Shown here: positions 18,240 through 28,737 of the stretch, piece by piece
Layout of the letters: the number at the start of each line of letters is the position of its first letter
Numbering within the stretch: the first letter of the stretch is position 1
From: Gammaproteobacteria bacterium
GTDB taxonomy: Bacteria > Pseudomonadota > Gammaproteobacteria > SZUA-229
Length of the DNA stretch: 56,196 nt
NCBI GenBank assembly: GCA_024277705.1
Contig: JAJRUQ010000118.1
Coordinates: forward strand, 1-56,196
Direction of reading: 5' to 3'
Position numbers and translations under genes: made by a program
Notes under the pieces: generated by a model
What the model was told of the DNA's origin: nothing
What the model saw: the letters and a program-made list of their open reading frames with translations, nothing else
Database searches by the model: none

Positions 18240-19148
18240 ATGGCGCTAAATATCACTTTCCGGCAACTCCAGGTGTTTGAGTCTGCAGCAAGGCATTTGA
18301 GTTATACCCGTGCGGCCGAGGAGTTACACCTGAGCCAGCCTGGTGTATCGATGCAGATCAAGCAGTTAGAAGATGTTGTCGGCTTGCCATTGTTTGAACA
18401 GATTGGTAAAAAAATGCACCTTACCGTCGCAGGGCGGGAGATACATGCCTACAGTAAAGAGATTGGTCATATGCTGGAGGAAGCCGAAGTGGTGCTGGAT
18501 GAGATTAAAGGGCTGCAGTCCGGGCGTTTGTCGATTTCGGTGGCAACCACTGCCAGTCATTTTGCAACACGTCTGCTGGCGGCTTTCTCTCAGCGTTATG
18601 AGGGCGTGACGATCAGTCTGGATATTACCAATCGTGCCAGTTTGCGTGAACAACTGGAAGCCAATCGACCGGATCTGGTGATTATGGGGCAGCCGCCTGA
18701 TGGTGTGGAGGTGGATGCCGATGCTTTTATGGAAAATCCGCTGGTGATGATTGCACCGGCAGGGCATGCGCTGACCGGACGGCAGCAAATTCCACTGCAG
18801 GAGCTGGAGCATGAAAGTTTTGTGGTACGGGAAAAAGGTTCGGGTACGCGAGGTGCGATTGAACGGTTTTTTGCGGAACACAATGTCCGTTTTCACAGTG
18901 GTATTGAAATGACCAGTAATGAAGCGATTAAACAGGCCGTTGAGGCAGGGCTGGGGCTGGGCATTGTGTCGATTCATACCCTGGAGCTGGAACTGGAAAC
19001 AAAGCGCCTGCAGGTGCTGGATGTAAAAGACTTTCCTATTCAGCGGTACTGGTACATCATGCAGCGCCGGGGTAAACGTTTATCGCCGGCAGCGCAGGCG
19101 TTTAAAATATTCGTGCTGGAGCAGGCAAAAGAATTTATCCGTTTGTAA
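18240..19148 (+). CDS. cbbR: LysR-family transcriptional regulator CbbR
   Basis: It has an N-terminal wHTH (FESAARHLSYTRAAEELHLSQPGVSMQIKQLE) and a LysR substrate-binding domain. It is divergent from cbbM. Confidence 0.88.
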   Translation: MALNITFRQLQVFESAARHLSYTRAAEELHLSQPGVSMQIKQLEDVVGLPLFEQIGKKMHLTVAGREIHAYSKEIGHMLEEAEVVLDEIKGLQSGRLSISVATTASHFATRLLAAFSQRYEGVTISLDITNRASLREQLEANRPDLVIMGQPPDGVEVDADAFMENPLVMIAPAGHALTGRQQIPLQELEHESFVVREKGSGTRGAIERFFAEHNVRFHSGIEMTSNEAIKQAVEAGLGLGIVSIHTLELELETKRLQVLDVKDFPIQRYWYIMQRRGKRLSPAAQAFKIFVLEQAKEFIRL

Positions 19149-19187
19149 AGAATGTCACTGCTGTCACCGTTAACGGGGCCGTAATGA

Positions 19188-19210
19188 AACACATAATATG
19201 TGTTATTTTC
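19188..19210 (+). terminator. weak candidate terminator after cbbR
   Basis: AACACATA-A-TATGTGTT is an 8-bp AT-rich stem, followed by ATTTTC. Confidence 0.3.
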
Positions 19211-19321
19211 TGCCTGTACCGGGTTTATTAATCGAACTTGTATAAATATTGTAGTGTGACAGTGATTTATAGCTGCGCAATATTCATTGGATATATGGCT
19301 GGTATTTATGGTTTGCTAGCG

Positions 19322-22156
19322 TTAGCTTGCGGTCTGCTCATTATTGACTACCACTAAAACCGGTGTTGTCGTTGCTATGGTGAGAGAGGACAATGGTACG
19401 GGCCTGGCTACTGCGTAGCCCTGTGCATTGTTTACGCCGACCTCGCGCAGACATTGAATAATAGATTCTGAGGCGGCAAACTCTGCGATGGTTTTGATAC
19501 CCATCACCTGCCCCACTTCATTGATGGATTTCACCATGGCATAGTGCATCGGGTCTTTATCGATATCCATAACAAAAGTGCCGTCAATTTTCAGGTAATC
19601 GACTGGCAGACTGGTTAGATAGGAAAAAGATGACAGGCCACTGCCAAAATCGTCCAGTGCAAATGAACAGCCCAGCTTTTTCAATACATTCATGAAATGA
19701 ATGGCGGTACTCAGATTGCTGATGGCTGCGGTTTCAGTGATTTCAAAACATAACAGTTCGGGGTTGATTTTATTGTTTTTAATTTTGCTGACCACAAAGT
19801 TTAAAAAGTCCCGGTTGGACAGTGACATTCCTGATAGATTGACAGAAATTAACACTTTTTCTTTGCGTGACGCCAGCCATGTTATGGCTTTTTCAACCAC
19901 CCATTCATCGATCAGGGTGATCATGTTATAGCGCTCGGCTGCGGGCAGGAAGTTGTCAGGTGAAACGATATCACCTTCTTTATCAATCATGCGCAATAAA
20001 ATTTCACCGTGCAGAATAAAAGATTTTTCCTGGCCGCAAAGGGGCATGATTTCCTGAAAATAAAGCAGAAAGCGGTCTTCTTCAAGAGCGTGATTAATAC
20101 GGGAAATCCAGTGTATTTCCCGTTGTTGCGTTAATAGCTTGTCATCTTCTTCAGTAAATACCTGTATGCGATTACGGCCACTCTCCTTTGCCAGATAACA
20201 GGCTGAATCGGCATTGCTCAGTATTTCTTCACCGGATAAAGTATTCTGAGAAATGGCTGCAATGCCGATGTTGATCCCAATGGTGAAGGTATTGTCATTC
20301 CAGATGAAGCGAAACTGCTGAATAACCTCAACTAAACGGTTGGCAATGGTCTGCGTTTTTTCAATATCGGTGTTCTCAAGTAACAGGCCAAATTCATCAC
20401 CGCCCAGACGTGCCAGCGTACCGAGACTGTTTAGTGTGTTCTGCAGCAATAATGTGATTTGTTTAAGCAGAGCGTCACCGGCAGTGTGTCCGCAGGTATC
20501 GTTAACCAGTTTAAACTGATCAAGGTCGATATAGCATAAAGTATTCGTTGTGTTTTCTATGGCTTGTGCTGAGATAACATTTTTTAGCCGGCGCTCAAAC
20601 TCATAACGGTTAATGAGTCCGGTTAATGCATCATGTGTTGCCTGAAATGTTAATTGCCGGTTCAATGAACGTTGTACTGATTTATCATGAATAATGATAA
20701 CAATGCCGGCAATCTGGTCATCTTCATTACGCATGGGCGCCACCACGTATTCTACCGGCGTTTCAATATTGCTTTTGTTTTGAATAAGAATGGCGCTTAT
20801 CGGTTCATCAAGTACAGTTTTATATTCGATGTTTTCGGTCGGGTCATAAATACGAGCATGGGTGTCTTCATTAAGTGCATGCATGACCTGAACCAGTGGT
20901 TTGCCTTTTGCCTCTGCTTCGCTCCAGCCGGTTAGCTGTTCAGCCATTGGGTTAATGGTTCTTATGTAGCCATTGATATCCGTGGTGATAACGCCATCAA
21001 CGATAGATTGCAGTGTCATGTGGAAAAAATAGCTTTGCTGCTGCGCCAGTTTGCTTTGTGTTTCAGCGTGTTCCTTGGCAAGTTTTAATTTTTCTTCAGT
21101 TTTTTTGTGCTCTTCAATTTCTTCGGTCAGCGAATTAATTAACGTCTGGATTTTTCCGACCATTAAATTAAAAGCATGGATCGGTGCACTGATTTCGTTA
21201 TATCCGTTTTCATTTATTGAAGTAAATTTGCCGCGGGCACTGCTGTTTGCAGCGCGTCTCAGATGGGTAAGTGGCAGTAGTCCACGATGCAGAATGAACA
21301 GGGCTATAAGTAAAGTGAGCATGGTTAATGTGCTGGCACTCAGGATGATGCGGTAACGTGTGTCATCCAGCAGTCCTTTAAAGACTGAAATATCTGAAGC
21401 ACCACTGACAGTCATTGATAGTCGCTTACTGTTATCGTATAGATTATATTTATTCACCAGGTAATTGTGTTTGTTGTTTTTCGTTGGCCAGCTGGCGGAC
21501 TGGTGCAGCAGTGTATTGTTACGGCTGTATATTTTAAGTGGAATACCTAACTCAGCATCAATTAAGGTGAGAATGTGGGCAGGGTCAGAAATGATCTGTA
21601 TGTAACCTTCGGGTTTAATGCTGCCGATGGAAAGAACGGTGTTCAGAAACGGGATATTATTGTATTCACACAGCTGTGAAATGGCTTTTGCACGTTGTAT
21701 GTTCGGCAGGGAACTTACCCTTGCGACGGTTTCTGAACAGGGTAGAGTGGTGCTGGTATTAATATTAAAACCACGATTTGAAGTTGCAATAAGCTGGAAG
21801 TTTTTATCGTAGACCAGGATTTTTTCAAGTTTGATCAGGCCGATGGTGACAAAATAACGGTTAAATTCCTGGTCCAGCCAGTAAGTAATATCTTTTGTAT
21901 TCTTGCTGTTAAAGGCAGCTTTGAATTTCGCTTCATTTTGCAGGGCAAAGCCCAGCTCTTTTTGCCGGTTGGAAAGCTTTTTGATTAAGTCTGCGGATTT
22001 AATGGCAATAAGTTGATTAACGGATTCTTTTTGTTGTTCATAGGCAAGTTTACGGTAAGTATAATCGGTGCTGAATACCAGTGCGATGCCCAGAATGCCA
22101 ACACCTAAAATGGTAATAGCGAGTGATTTCTGTAGTGTCAGACGGGTTTTAGTCAT
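19322..22156 (-). CDS. membrane sensor - HAMP - PAS - GGDEF - EAL c-di-GMP signalling protein
   Basis: It has an N-terminal TM helix, a periplasmic region of about 250 aa and a second TM helix. These are followed by a coiled coil, a PAS domain (SIVDGVITTD), an intact GGDEF motif (LGGDEFGLLL) and an EAL domain (FEITE, DDFGSG). Confidence 0.88.
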   Translation of the reverse strand: MTKTRLTLQKSLAITILGVGILGIALVFSTDYTYRKLAYEQQKESVNQLIAIKSADLIKKLSNRQKELGFALQNEAKFKAAFNSKNTKDITYWLDQEFNRYFVTIGLIKLEKILVYDKNFQLIATSNRGFNINTSTTLPCSETVARVSSLPNIQRAKAISQLCEYNNIPFLNTVLSIGSIKPEGYIQIISDPAHILTLIDAELGIPLKIYSRNNTLLHQSASWPTKNNKHNYLVNKYNLYDNSKRLSMTVSGASDISVFKGLLDDTRYRIILSASTLTMLTLLIALFILHRGLLPLTHLRRAANSSARGKFTSINENGYNEISAPIHAFNLMVGKIQTLINSLTEEIEEHKKTEEKLKLAKEHAETQSKLAQQQSYFFHMTLQSIVDGVITTDINGYIRTINPMAEQLTGWSEAEAKGKPLVQVMHALNEDTHARIYDPTENIEYKTVLDEPISAILIQNKSNIETPVEYVVAPMRNEDDQIAGIVIIIHDKSVQRSLNRQLTFQATHDALTGLINRYEFERRLKNVISAQAIENTTNTLCYIDLDQFKLVNDTCGHTAGDALLKQITLLLQNTLNSLGTLARLGGDEFGLLLENTDIEKTQTIANRLVEVIQQFRFIWNDNTFTIGINIGIAAISQNTLSGEEILSNADSACYLAKESGRNRIQVFTEEDDKLLTQQREIHWISRINHALEEDRFLLYFQEIMPLCGQEKSFILHGEILLRMIDKEGDIVSPDNFLPAAERYNMITLIDEWVVEKAITWLASRKEKVLISVNLSGMSLSNRDFLNFVVSKIKNNKINPELLCFEITETAAISNLSTAIHFMNVLKKLGCSFALDDFGSGLSSFSYLTSLPVDYLKIDGTFVMDIDKDPMHYAMVKSINEVGQVMGIKTIAEFAASESIIQCLREVGVNNAQGYAVARPVPLSSLTIATTTPVLVVVNNEQTAS

Positions 22157-22521
22157 AAACAGTACTTTAAAGCGCGTTAACTTTTGTTATGCGCAGAAAA
22201 AACTCGAAAAAATTATTCCGTTGACTCATTGGTGCCTCAAATTAAATCTACATTGAACATTTGATAGATTTACAGCAGATAGCTGTGTGTCACTAACTTT
22301 AGACAAAAATCCACAAATTGTATGATAATTGACATTTTGTGTTGAAAACCTGACAGGTTTCACAATTTGAGCGATTAAAGGTATAAAAGAGATGATCAAT
22401 GGAGGCTAAAAGTTGTGGTGGGGACAGCCTGTGCAGAGATGGTACAAACAGGGGCGGTGTTCAGATGCGCTTAATTGGTATAAAATAAACCGCTTTTTCT
22501 CAGTAAAAACAGGAAAGGCAT

Positions 22522-23055
22522 ATGTCACAACATGCATCTCAACAAAGCGCCGGGTTTTCAAGTGGCCGAAAAATTGCCGTTGTTATGGGTAGTCAGAGCG
22601 ACTGGCCCGTTATGCAGCATGCGGTCGATCAGCTAAAAACATTCGGCGTAAGTTACGAGGCTAAAGTCGTTTCTGCACACCGTACACCTGATTTATTATT
22701 TGAATTTGCAGAAACTGCGCGTGATAACGGGTTTGCTGCCATTATTGCCGGTGCCGGCGGTGCCGCACATCTGCCGGGTATGCTGGCATCTAAAACAATT
22801 TTACCGGTGCTGGGCGTGCCGGTGCCTTCTCGTTATCTTAAAGGCATGGACTCTCTGCTTTCTATTGTGCAGATGCCCAAAGGGATTCCGGTAGCCACTT
22901 ATGCGGTAGGTGAGGCAGGTGCGGCAAATGCAGCATTGTCTGCCATTTCAATGCTGGCTATTGATGACCCGACGCTGGCTGACAAGTTAACTGAATTCAG
23001 AGAAACACAGCGGCAAAGTGTGTTTGCCATGCAAGTACCACCAGTCGAAGATTAA
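22522..23055 (+). CDS. purE: N5-carboxyaminoimidazole ribonucleotide mutase
   Basis: [19 protein letters not shown] and [10 protein letters not shown] motifs are present. Confidence 0.95.
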   Translation: MSQHASQQSAGFSSGRKIAVVMGSQSDWPVMQHAVDQLKTFGVSYEAKVVSAHRTPDLLFEFAETARDNGFAAIIAGAGGAAHLPGMLASKTILPVLGVPVPSRYLKGMDSLLSIVQMPKGIPVATYAVGEAGAANAALSAISMLAIDDPTLADKLTEFRETQRQSVFAMQVPPVED

Positions 23056-23061
23056 TCATTT

Positions 23062-24195
23062 ATGGGCAGTCAGCAGATTTTACCGGGGTCAACACTAGGT
23101 GTTTTAGGTGGTGGCCAACTCGGTCGTATGTTTTGTGTGGCGGCTAGAACCATGGGGTATCGTGTGCTGGTACTTGACCCGGATCCATTATGTGGCGCCG
23201 GGCATATTGCTGATTTGCATATCAAGGCGGATTATAGTGATCAGCAGGCGTTGGAAAAAATGGCGGCAGAATGTGACGCCATAACTCTCGAGTTTGAAAA
23301 TATCCCCTCGGCCAGTGTACGTTTTATCGCCGGTAAAACCCGTGTTTTTCCGGGAGCTGAAGCGCTGGAAATTGCTCAGAATCGTGACCTGGAAAAACAG
23401 TTTGCAAAAAATGCCGGCTTGCAGCCGGTACCTTATTTTGCTCTGCGGCAGGCTTCTGACTTGCAGCAGGCGGCGGAGAATGTTGGCTTTCCTGCGATTT
23501 TAAAAAGCAATACCCTGGGATATGATGGTAAAGGCCAGTTTGTTGTTAATGATATAAATGAACTGAATGATGCCTATCAGCAGGTAGGCAAAGTTGACTG
23601 TGTGCTGGAGAAGAAAATTAATATCCGGTGCGAGATTTCGGCGATCATCGCCAGGAATGCCAGTGCTGAACGGGCAACTTTTCCGGTGTCAGAAAACCAG
23701 CACAGAAATGGTGTGTTGCACATGAGTATCGTTCCTGCTCGTGTTTCTGCTGCCCTCGCCGGGCAGGCGGTTGAAAGTGCCGCCATTCTTGCTGAGGCTT
23801 TATCTTATGTTGGCATTCTGGCCGTCGAGTTTTTTGTCAGTGATGACGGTGAGCTGTATTTCAATGAAATGGCACCGCGCCCGCATAATTCCGGCCATTA
23901 CACTAAAGATGCCTGCGTGACTTCACAATTTGAGCAGCAGGTGCGGATGATGTGTGGTTTAACGCCGGGCGATACCCGTTTGTTATCGCCTGTGGTGATG
24001 GTGAATATGCTGGGTGATCTGTGGCTCCCTGACTGGTCCGGTATTTTTTCACAGAGTAATATCAAACTGCATCTTTACGGAAAAACAGAAGCACGCCCCG
24101 GCAGAAAAATGGGACACTTTAATGTACTGGCCGAAGACGTTGAATCGGCGCTGACTGTTGCTGAGGATGTTTTTAACAAACTAAGCGGTCCTTGA
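23062..24195 (+). CDS. purK: N5-carboxyaminoimidazole ribonucleotide synthase (ATP-grasp)
   Basis: It starts 6 nt after purE. It has the GGGQLGRM P-loop, ATP-grasp blocks and NEMAPRPHNSGH. Confidence 0.93.
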   Translation: MGSQQILPGSTLGVLGGGQLGRMFCVAARTMGYRVLVLDPDPLCGAGHIADLHIKADYSDQQALEKMAAECDAITLEFENIPSASVRFIAGKTRVFPGAEALEIAQNRDLEKQFAKNAGLQPVPYFALRQASDLQQAAENVGFPAILKSNTLGYDGKGQFVVNDINELNDAYQQVGKVDCVLEKKINIRCEISAIIARNASAERATFPVSENQHRNGVLHMSIVPARVSAALAGQAVESAAILAEALSYVGILAVEFFVSDDGELYFNEMAPRPHNSGHYTKDACVTSQFEQQVRMMCGLTPGDTRLLSPVVMVNMLGDLWLPDWSGIFSQSNIKLHLYGKTEARPGRKMGHFNVLAEDVESALTVAEDVFNKLSGP

Positions 24196-24252
24196 TTAAT
24201 GCTGAATATCGATGTTCCAGTATTAGGCTTTAACGGCTGTTAGTGAGCCTTA

Positions 24253-24370
24253 AGAGAAGTTTTAAGTTGTAAGTTTAAAAACATAAATCAAAAGAAGCTT
24301 GTTAAACATAAGGTTATCCAGTTTTTGACTTTCTACTTATAACTTAAAACTTTTAACTTACAACTTCTCT
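24253..24370. repeat. inverted pair of AACTTAAAACTT/CTTACAACTT-type repeats
   Basis: AGAGAAGTTTTAAGTTGTAAGTTTAAAA (24253-24280) opposes ATAACTTAAAACTTTTAACTTACAACTTCTCT (24339-24370). The right arm is about 90 percent identical over 31 nt to 28700-28733. Confidence 0.65.
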
Positions 24371-24417
24371 TTCCGGCCGATTTGGGATCATGACAGATAA
24401 ACGCCATCACGCATTCA

Positions 24418-24487
24418 GGGGTCGGAGTCATTTTAATAACCAACACAGCATAACAACTGGTAAGTAGTTAAAAATGACTCCGACCCC
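24418..24487. repeat. GGGGTCGGAGTCAT-family long hairpin between convergent purK and pncC
   Basis: GGGGTCGGAGTCATTTTAA (24418-24436) pairs with TTAAAAATGACTCCGACCCC (24468-24487). The stem is about 19 bp with one bulged T and a 31-nt loop. Confidence 0.75.
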
Positions 24488-24514
24488 GGTGGTTCCGAAC
24501 GCCGTCAAATTGTT

Positions 24515-25018
24515 TTAATCACAAACCAGTAAATCCAGCAGGCAGTTCAGTGCCTGTTTAATCGACTGTTTGCGTACCTGTTCGCGGTCACCATCAAAAT
24601 GAAACGGGTTGGCGAAAACTGATTTGTCACGTTTGCCCCAGCTTAACCAGACCAGGCCTACCGGTTTATCTTCGCTGCCTCCTTCCGGCCCGGCTATACC
24701 GCTAACGCTTACTGCGACATCCGCTTCCGTATGCAAAAAAATACCGTCTGACATTTCCAGCACGGTTTCACCACTGACAGCACCAAATTCCTGCAGGGTG
24801 TCTGCCTTTACCCCAAGCAAACTCTGTTTGGCTTCATTACTATAGCTGACGACCGAACCGCTGAACCAGGCCGAACTGCCGGGGATATCGGTAATAACTT
24901 TTGCCAGCCAGCCGCCGGTGCAGGATTCGGCAGATGCCAGCTTCATGTCTTTCGCGATTAAACACCGACCCAGCTGTTCTGCCAGATCTCTTAATTCCTG
25001 TTCTGTAACATTCATCAA
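24515..25018 (-). CDS. pncC: CinA C-terminal domain protein / nicotinamide-nucleotide amidohydrolase
   Basis: It has ESCTGGWLA and [19 protein letters not shown] motifs and is 167 aa. Confidence 0.85.
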   Translation of the reverse strand: MMNVTEQELRDLAEQLGRCLIAKDMKLASAESCTGGWLAKVITDIPGSSAWFSGSVVSYSNEAKQSLLGVKADTLQEFGAVSGETVLEMSDGIFLHTEADVAVSVSGIAGPEGGSEDKPVGLVWLSWGKRDKSVFANPFHFDGDREQVRKQSIKQALNCLLDLLVCD

Positions 25019-25105
25019 AATTCTCTAAAAACTTCTCTAAAAAAAGTGCCTGTACTATATATCAGAGCATGCCATCACACCAGTAATCTTGTAGACTTAT
25101 GCCCC

Positions 25106-27712
25106 ATGACGACTGCTGCCCTGAACCCCAAAAAACCGAAACAAACAGCCACCCATACACCGATGATGCAGCAGTATCTGCGCATCAAGGCGGATCATCC
25201 GAATACACTGCTGTTTTATCGCATGGGTGATTTTTACGAATTGTTTTTCGATGATGCGAAAAAAGCAGCAAAACTGCTGGATATTACTTTAACCGCACGC
25301 GGCTCATCTGCCGGCAAACCCATACCGATGGCTGGCATTCCCTACCATGCTGCAGATAATTATCTGTCCCGCCTGATTAAACGCGGCGAATCGGTCGTCA
25401 TTTGCGAACAAACCAGCAAACCGGGCGAAAACAAAGGCCCGGTAAACCGCGAAGTGAAACGCATCGTCACTCCCGGCACGGTCACCGAAGAAGCACTGCT
25501 GGATGAACGCAGGGATAACCTGCTGGTGTGCGTACATTTTTTCAACAATACCTATGGACTGGCGGCATTAAATATCACTTCCGGGCGCTTTAACGTTTGT
25601 GAGATTCAGCACAAAGCACAACTTTATGCCGAATTAGAACGCCTGCAGGCGGTCGAAATTCTGCTGGCGGAAGACAACAATCTGCATGATGAATTTGTTA
25701 ATACGCTGAATAACAACATAAGCCTACGACAGCAACCGCCCTGGTGGTTTGACCTTGACAGTGCAAAGCGTTTACTCAACCAGCAGTTCGGCAGCAGGGA
25801 CTTATCCGGCTTTGGCTGTGAAGACTTAAATACTGCAGTGATGGCTGCCGGATGCCTGCTGCAATATGCACAGGACACACAGCGGGCAGCGCTGCCCCAC
25901 ATCACCGGCTTACATGTCGAAAATACCGATAACGTCATCGTGCTTGATGCTGCCAGTCGGCGTAACCTGGAAATTGAAATCAACCTTTCCGGAAACAGCG
26001 ACAATACACTGGCATCAGTCATCGACCGCACCACGACCAGTATGGGCAGTCGCTGCCTGCGCCGCTGGTTACATTCACCACTGCGTGACCAGAATTTACT
26101 GCAACAGCGTCATCAGACCATTGCTGAACTGCTGAATAATCAGCTTACCTCTGATATTCAGTTGTCCCTGAATGCGATTGGTGACATCGAACGCATAATG
26201 AGTCGCCTGGCATTACGCTCGGCACGTCCACGCGACCTGGAGACCCTGAAAAATTCTCTGGCCGTTTTACCCGAACTACAGACCCTGCTACAACAATGTC
26301 ACAGCCAGTTCATCCAGCACTTATCCGGAAATATCAGCACACACCCTCATATTGTTGATTTACTCAGCCGCGCCATTTACGAAAACCCGCCGGTATTAAT
26401 TCGTGATGGCGGGTTTATTGCGGCCGGCTACAACAAGGAGCTGGATGAACTGCGCGCCTTAAGTAAAAACGCCAATGCATTTCTTGAACAGCTTGAAGTG
26501 CGTGAACGCCAGCAAACCGGTATAAACACGCTGAAAGTTAACTACAACCGCGTGCATGGTTTTTATATCGAGATCAGCCGCCTGCATTGTGACAACATAC
26601 CGGCGCATTACACCCGCAAACAAACACTGAAATCCACCGAACGCTTTATCACCGAAGAACTAAAGCAATACGAAGACAAGGTATTAAGTGCCAAAGAGCG
26701 TGCGCTGGCACTGGAAAAATCAATTTATGATGAGCTGTTGCTGCAACTGCAGGAATTTTTACAGCCATTAAAATGTTGTGCCGAAGCCATCGCCGAACTG
26801 GATAGCATTTCCTGCCTGGCAGAGCGTGCCTTGACACTGGATTACTGCTGCCCCGAATTATCAGACAAAGCCGGTATCAATATCAAGCAGGGGCGACACG
26901 CCGTTGTTGAACGTGTTGTTGACACCACCTCCGCAACCGGACACTTTGTTGCCAACGATACTCTGTTGAGTGACAGTAAACGCATGAGCATTATTACCGG
27001 CCCCAACATGGGCGGTAAATCAACCTACATGCGGCAGACCGCTCTTATTGTACTGCTCGCTTATATCGGCAGTTATGTGCCCGCTGAAAGTGCCGTTATT
27101 GGTCCGATCGATCGCATCTATACCCGCATCGGTGCTTCCGATGACCTCGCCAGTGGTCGCTCGACCTTTATGGTGGAAATGACCGAAGCCGCCAATATTC
27201 TGAACAATGCCACCGAAAACTCACTGGTACTGATGGACGAAATCGGTCGCGGCACCAGTACCTTTGATGGCCTGTCACTGGCCTGGGCCTGTGCTTATCA
27301 CTTAAGCACGATTAATAAATCCTACAGTTTGTTTGCCACCCACTATTTTGAAATTACCGCTTTGCCGGATGAAGTCAGAGGCATCAATAATATCCATATA
27401 GATGCCGTCGAACACGGTGAAAAAATTGTTTTTCTGCACAGTGTCAAACCCGGGCCGGCCAGTCAAAGTTATGGTTTACAGGTAGCACAACTGGCCGGGG
27501 TTCCGGGCAACGTGATCGAGCTGGCAAAAAACAAACTGGTTGAACTGGAAAATCAGAGCGTCAGTAATCATCACGAGTCCGGGCAGTTTGAAATGTTCAG
27601 TGACCGGCCCCACCCTGTGGTAGAAAAACTGCAGGATCTGAAGGTGGATGAGTTAAGCCCGAAGGCTGCGCTCGACCTGCTCTACAGTCTGAAAAACGAT
27701 GCCAGCAACTAA
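25106..27712 (+). CDS. mutS: DNA mismatch repair protein MutS
   Basis: It has [12 protein letters not shown], Walker A (GPNMGGKST) and [12 protein letters not shown] motifs. The start is placed at ATG 25106. Confidence 0.96.
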   Translation: MTTAALNPKKPKQTATHTPMMQQYLRIKADHPNTLLFYRMGDFYELFFDDAKKAAKLLDITLTARGSSAGKPIPMAGIPYHAADNYLSRLIKRGESVVICEQTSKPGENKGPVNREVKRIVTPGTVTEEALLDERRDNLLVCVHFFNNTYGLAALNITSGRFNVCEIQHKAQLYAELERLQAVEILLAEDNNLHDEFVNTLNNNISLRQQPPWWFDLDSAKRLLNQQFGSRDLSGFGCEDLNTAVMAAGCLLQYAQDTQRAALPHITGLHVENTDNVIVLDAASRRNLEIEINLSGNSDNTLASVIDRTTTSMGSRCLRRWLHSPLRDQNLLQQRHQTIAELLNNQLTSDIQLSLNAIGDIERIMSRLALRSARPRDLETLKNSLAVLPELQTLLQQCHSQFIQHLSGNISTHPHIVDLLSRAIYENPPVLIRDGGFIAAGYNKELDELRALSKNANAFLEQLEVRERQQTGINTLKVNYNRVHGFYIEISRLHCDNIPAHYTRKQTLKSTERFITEELKQYEDKVLSAKERALALEKSIYDELLLQLQEFLQPLKCCAEAIAELDSISCLAERALTLDYCCPELSDKAGINIKQGRHAVVERVVDTTSATGHFVANDTLLSDSKRMSIITGPNMGGKSTYMRQTALIVLLAYIGSYVPAESAVIGPIDRIYTRIGASDDLASGRSTFMVEMTEAANILNNATENSLVLMDEIGRGTSTFDGLSLAWACAYHLSTINKSYSLFATHYFEITALPDEVRGINNIHIDAVEHGEKIVFLHSVKPGPASQSYGLQVAQLAGVPGNVIELAKNKLVELENQSVSNHHESGQFEMFSDRPHPVVEKLQDLKVDELSPKAALDLLYSLKNDASN

Positions 27713-27773
27713 AGCAGACTTCCCCGTCGACAAGCATCTTCACTTGTATGATTTTCAATGTTAGGGTAGCGAT

Positions 27774-28646
27774 ATGAAATTCAATACCATCGGCATTATC
27801 ACCAAACCCCAGGCGGAAGCAGCCAGAAAAACACTGCAGGCATTGTTTGATTTTTTAAAAAACAATCACTGCAACATCATTCTCGATGAGCAAATCCCCG
27901 ATACCTTCAACTGCTGTGGCTTTAAAAAAGAAAGCCGTAGTGAACTGGGTAAAAAATGTGATCTGGTCATCGTTGTCGGTGGTGATGGCACTATATTGAA
28001 TGCGGTGCGCTCACTGGCTCACGCCAGTGTACCGTTGCTGGGCATCAATGTCGGCAGACTGGGTTTTCTTGCCGATATATCGCCTGACGAACTGGAAGCA
28101 TCGTTGCACGAAATCCTTAACGGCTCCTACCACGAAGAACAACGACTCCTGCTGGAAATGCAGGTTACACGTGATGGCAAGGTTATCTTTGAAGCCGATG
28201 CATTTAACGATGTCGTTGTGCATATTCGTGATATCGCACGGATGATGGAGTTTGAAACAAAAATCAACAATGAGTTTGTCAATCATCAACGTGCTGATGG
28301 CATTGTGGTTGCCACGCCAACCGGGTCAACCGCATATGCATTATCCTCCGGTGGCCCACTTTTACATGCCACGCTGGAAGCCATAACACTGGTGCCGGTT
28401 TCGCCGCATACCTTAAGCAGCAGACCGCTGGTGGTCAATGCCGACTCAGAAATAGATATATTAGTGTGCAGCACCAAAGAAGGTATTGCACAGGTAAGTT
28501 GTGACGGTCAGTTATCGTACGATGTTCATGTCGGTGACCACATTAAAATCAAACGCAAGCAGGATAAAATCACCCTGTTACATCCGAAATCACACAATTA
28601 CTTTGAAATTCTACGTGCAAAATTACACTGGAGTGAACATAGTTGA
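27774..28646 (+). CDS. nadK: NAD+ kinase
   Basis: GGDGT and TPTGSTAYALSSGGP motifs are present. Confidence 0.93.
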   Translation: MKFNTIGIITKPQAEAARKTLQALFDFLKNNHCNIILDEQIPDTFNCCGFKKESRSELGKKCDLVIVVGGDGTILNAVRSLAHASVPLLGINVGRLGFLADISPDELEASLHEILNGSYHEEQRLLLEMQVTRDGKVIFEADAFNDVVVHIRDIARMMEFETKINNEFVNHQRADGIVVATPTGSTAYALSSGGPLLHATLEAITLVPVSPHTLSSRPLVVNADSEIDILVCSTKEGIAQVSCDGQLSYDVHVGDHIKIKRKQDKITLLHPKSHNYFEILRAKLHWSEHS

Positions 28647-28658
28647 AAGCAAACAGAT

Positions 28659-28737
28659 AGTTTTAAGTTGCAACTTAAAACTTACAACTTAAAACTTAAA
28701 ACTTACAACTTAAAACTTTTTTCTTACAACTTTCTTT
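28659..28737. repeat. 24-bp perfect palindrome plus tandem CAACTTAAAACTTA units filling the nadK-recN spacer
   Basis: AGTTTTAAGTTG|CAACTTAAAACT (28659-28682) is followed by reiterated CTTACAACTTAAAA units running up to the recN ATG. Confidence 0.75.

Noticed and set aside
28659-28737. The reiterated AACTTAAAACTTACAACTT units were considered as a possible CRISPR array.
   Set aside because: The period is only about 14-21 nt with no unique spacers. No cas genes are present. The same motif occurs as an inverted pair at 24253-24370.
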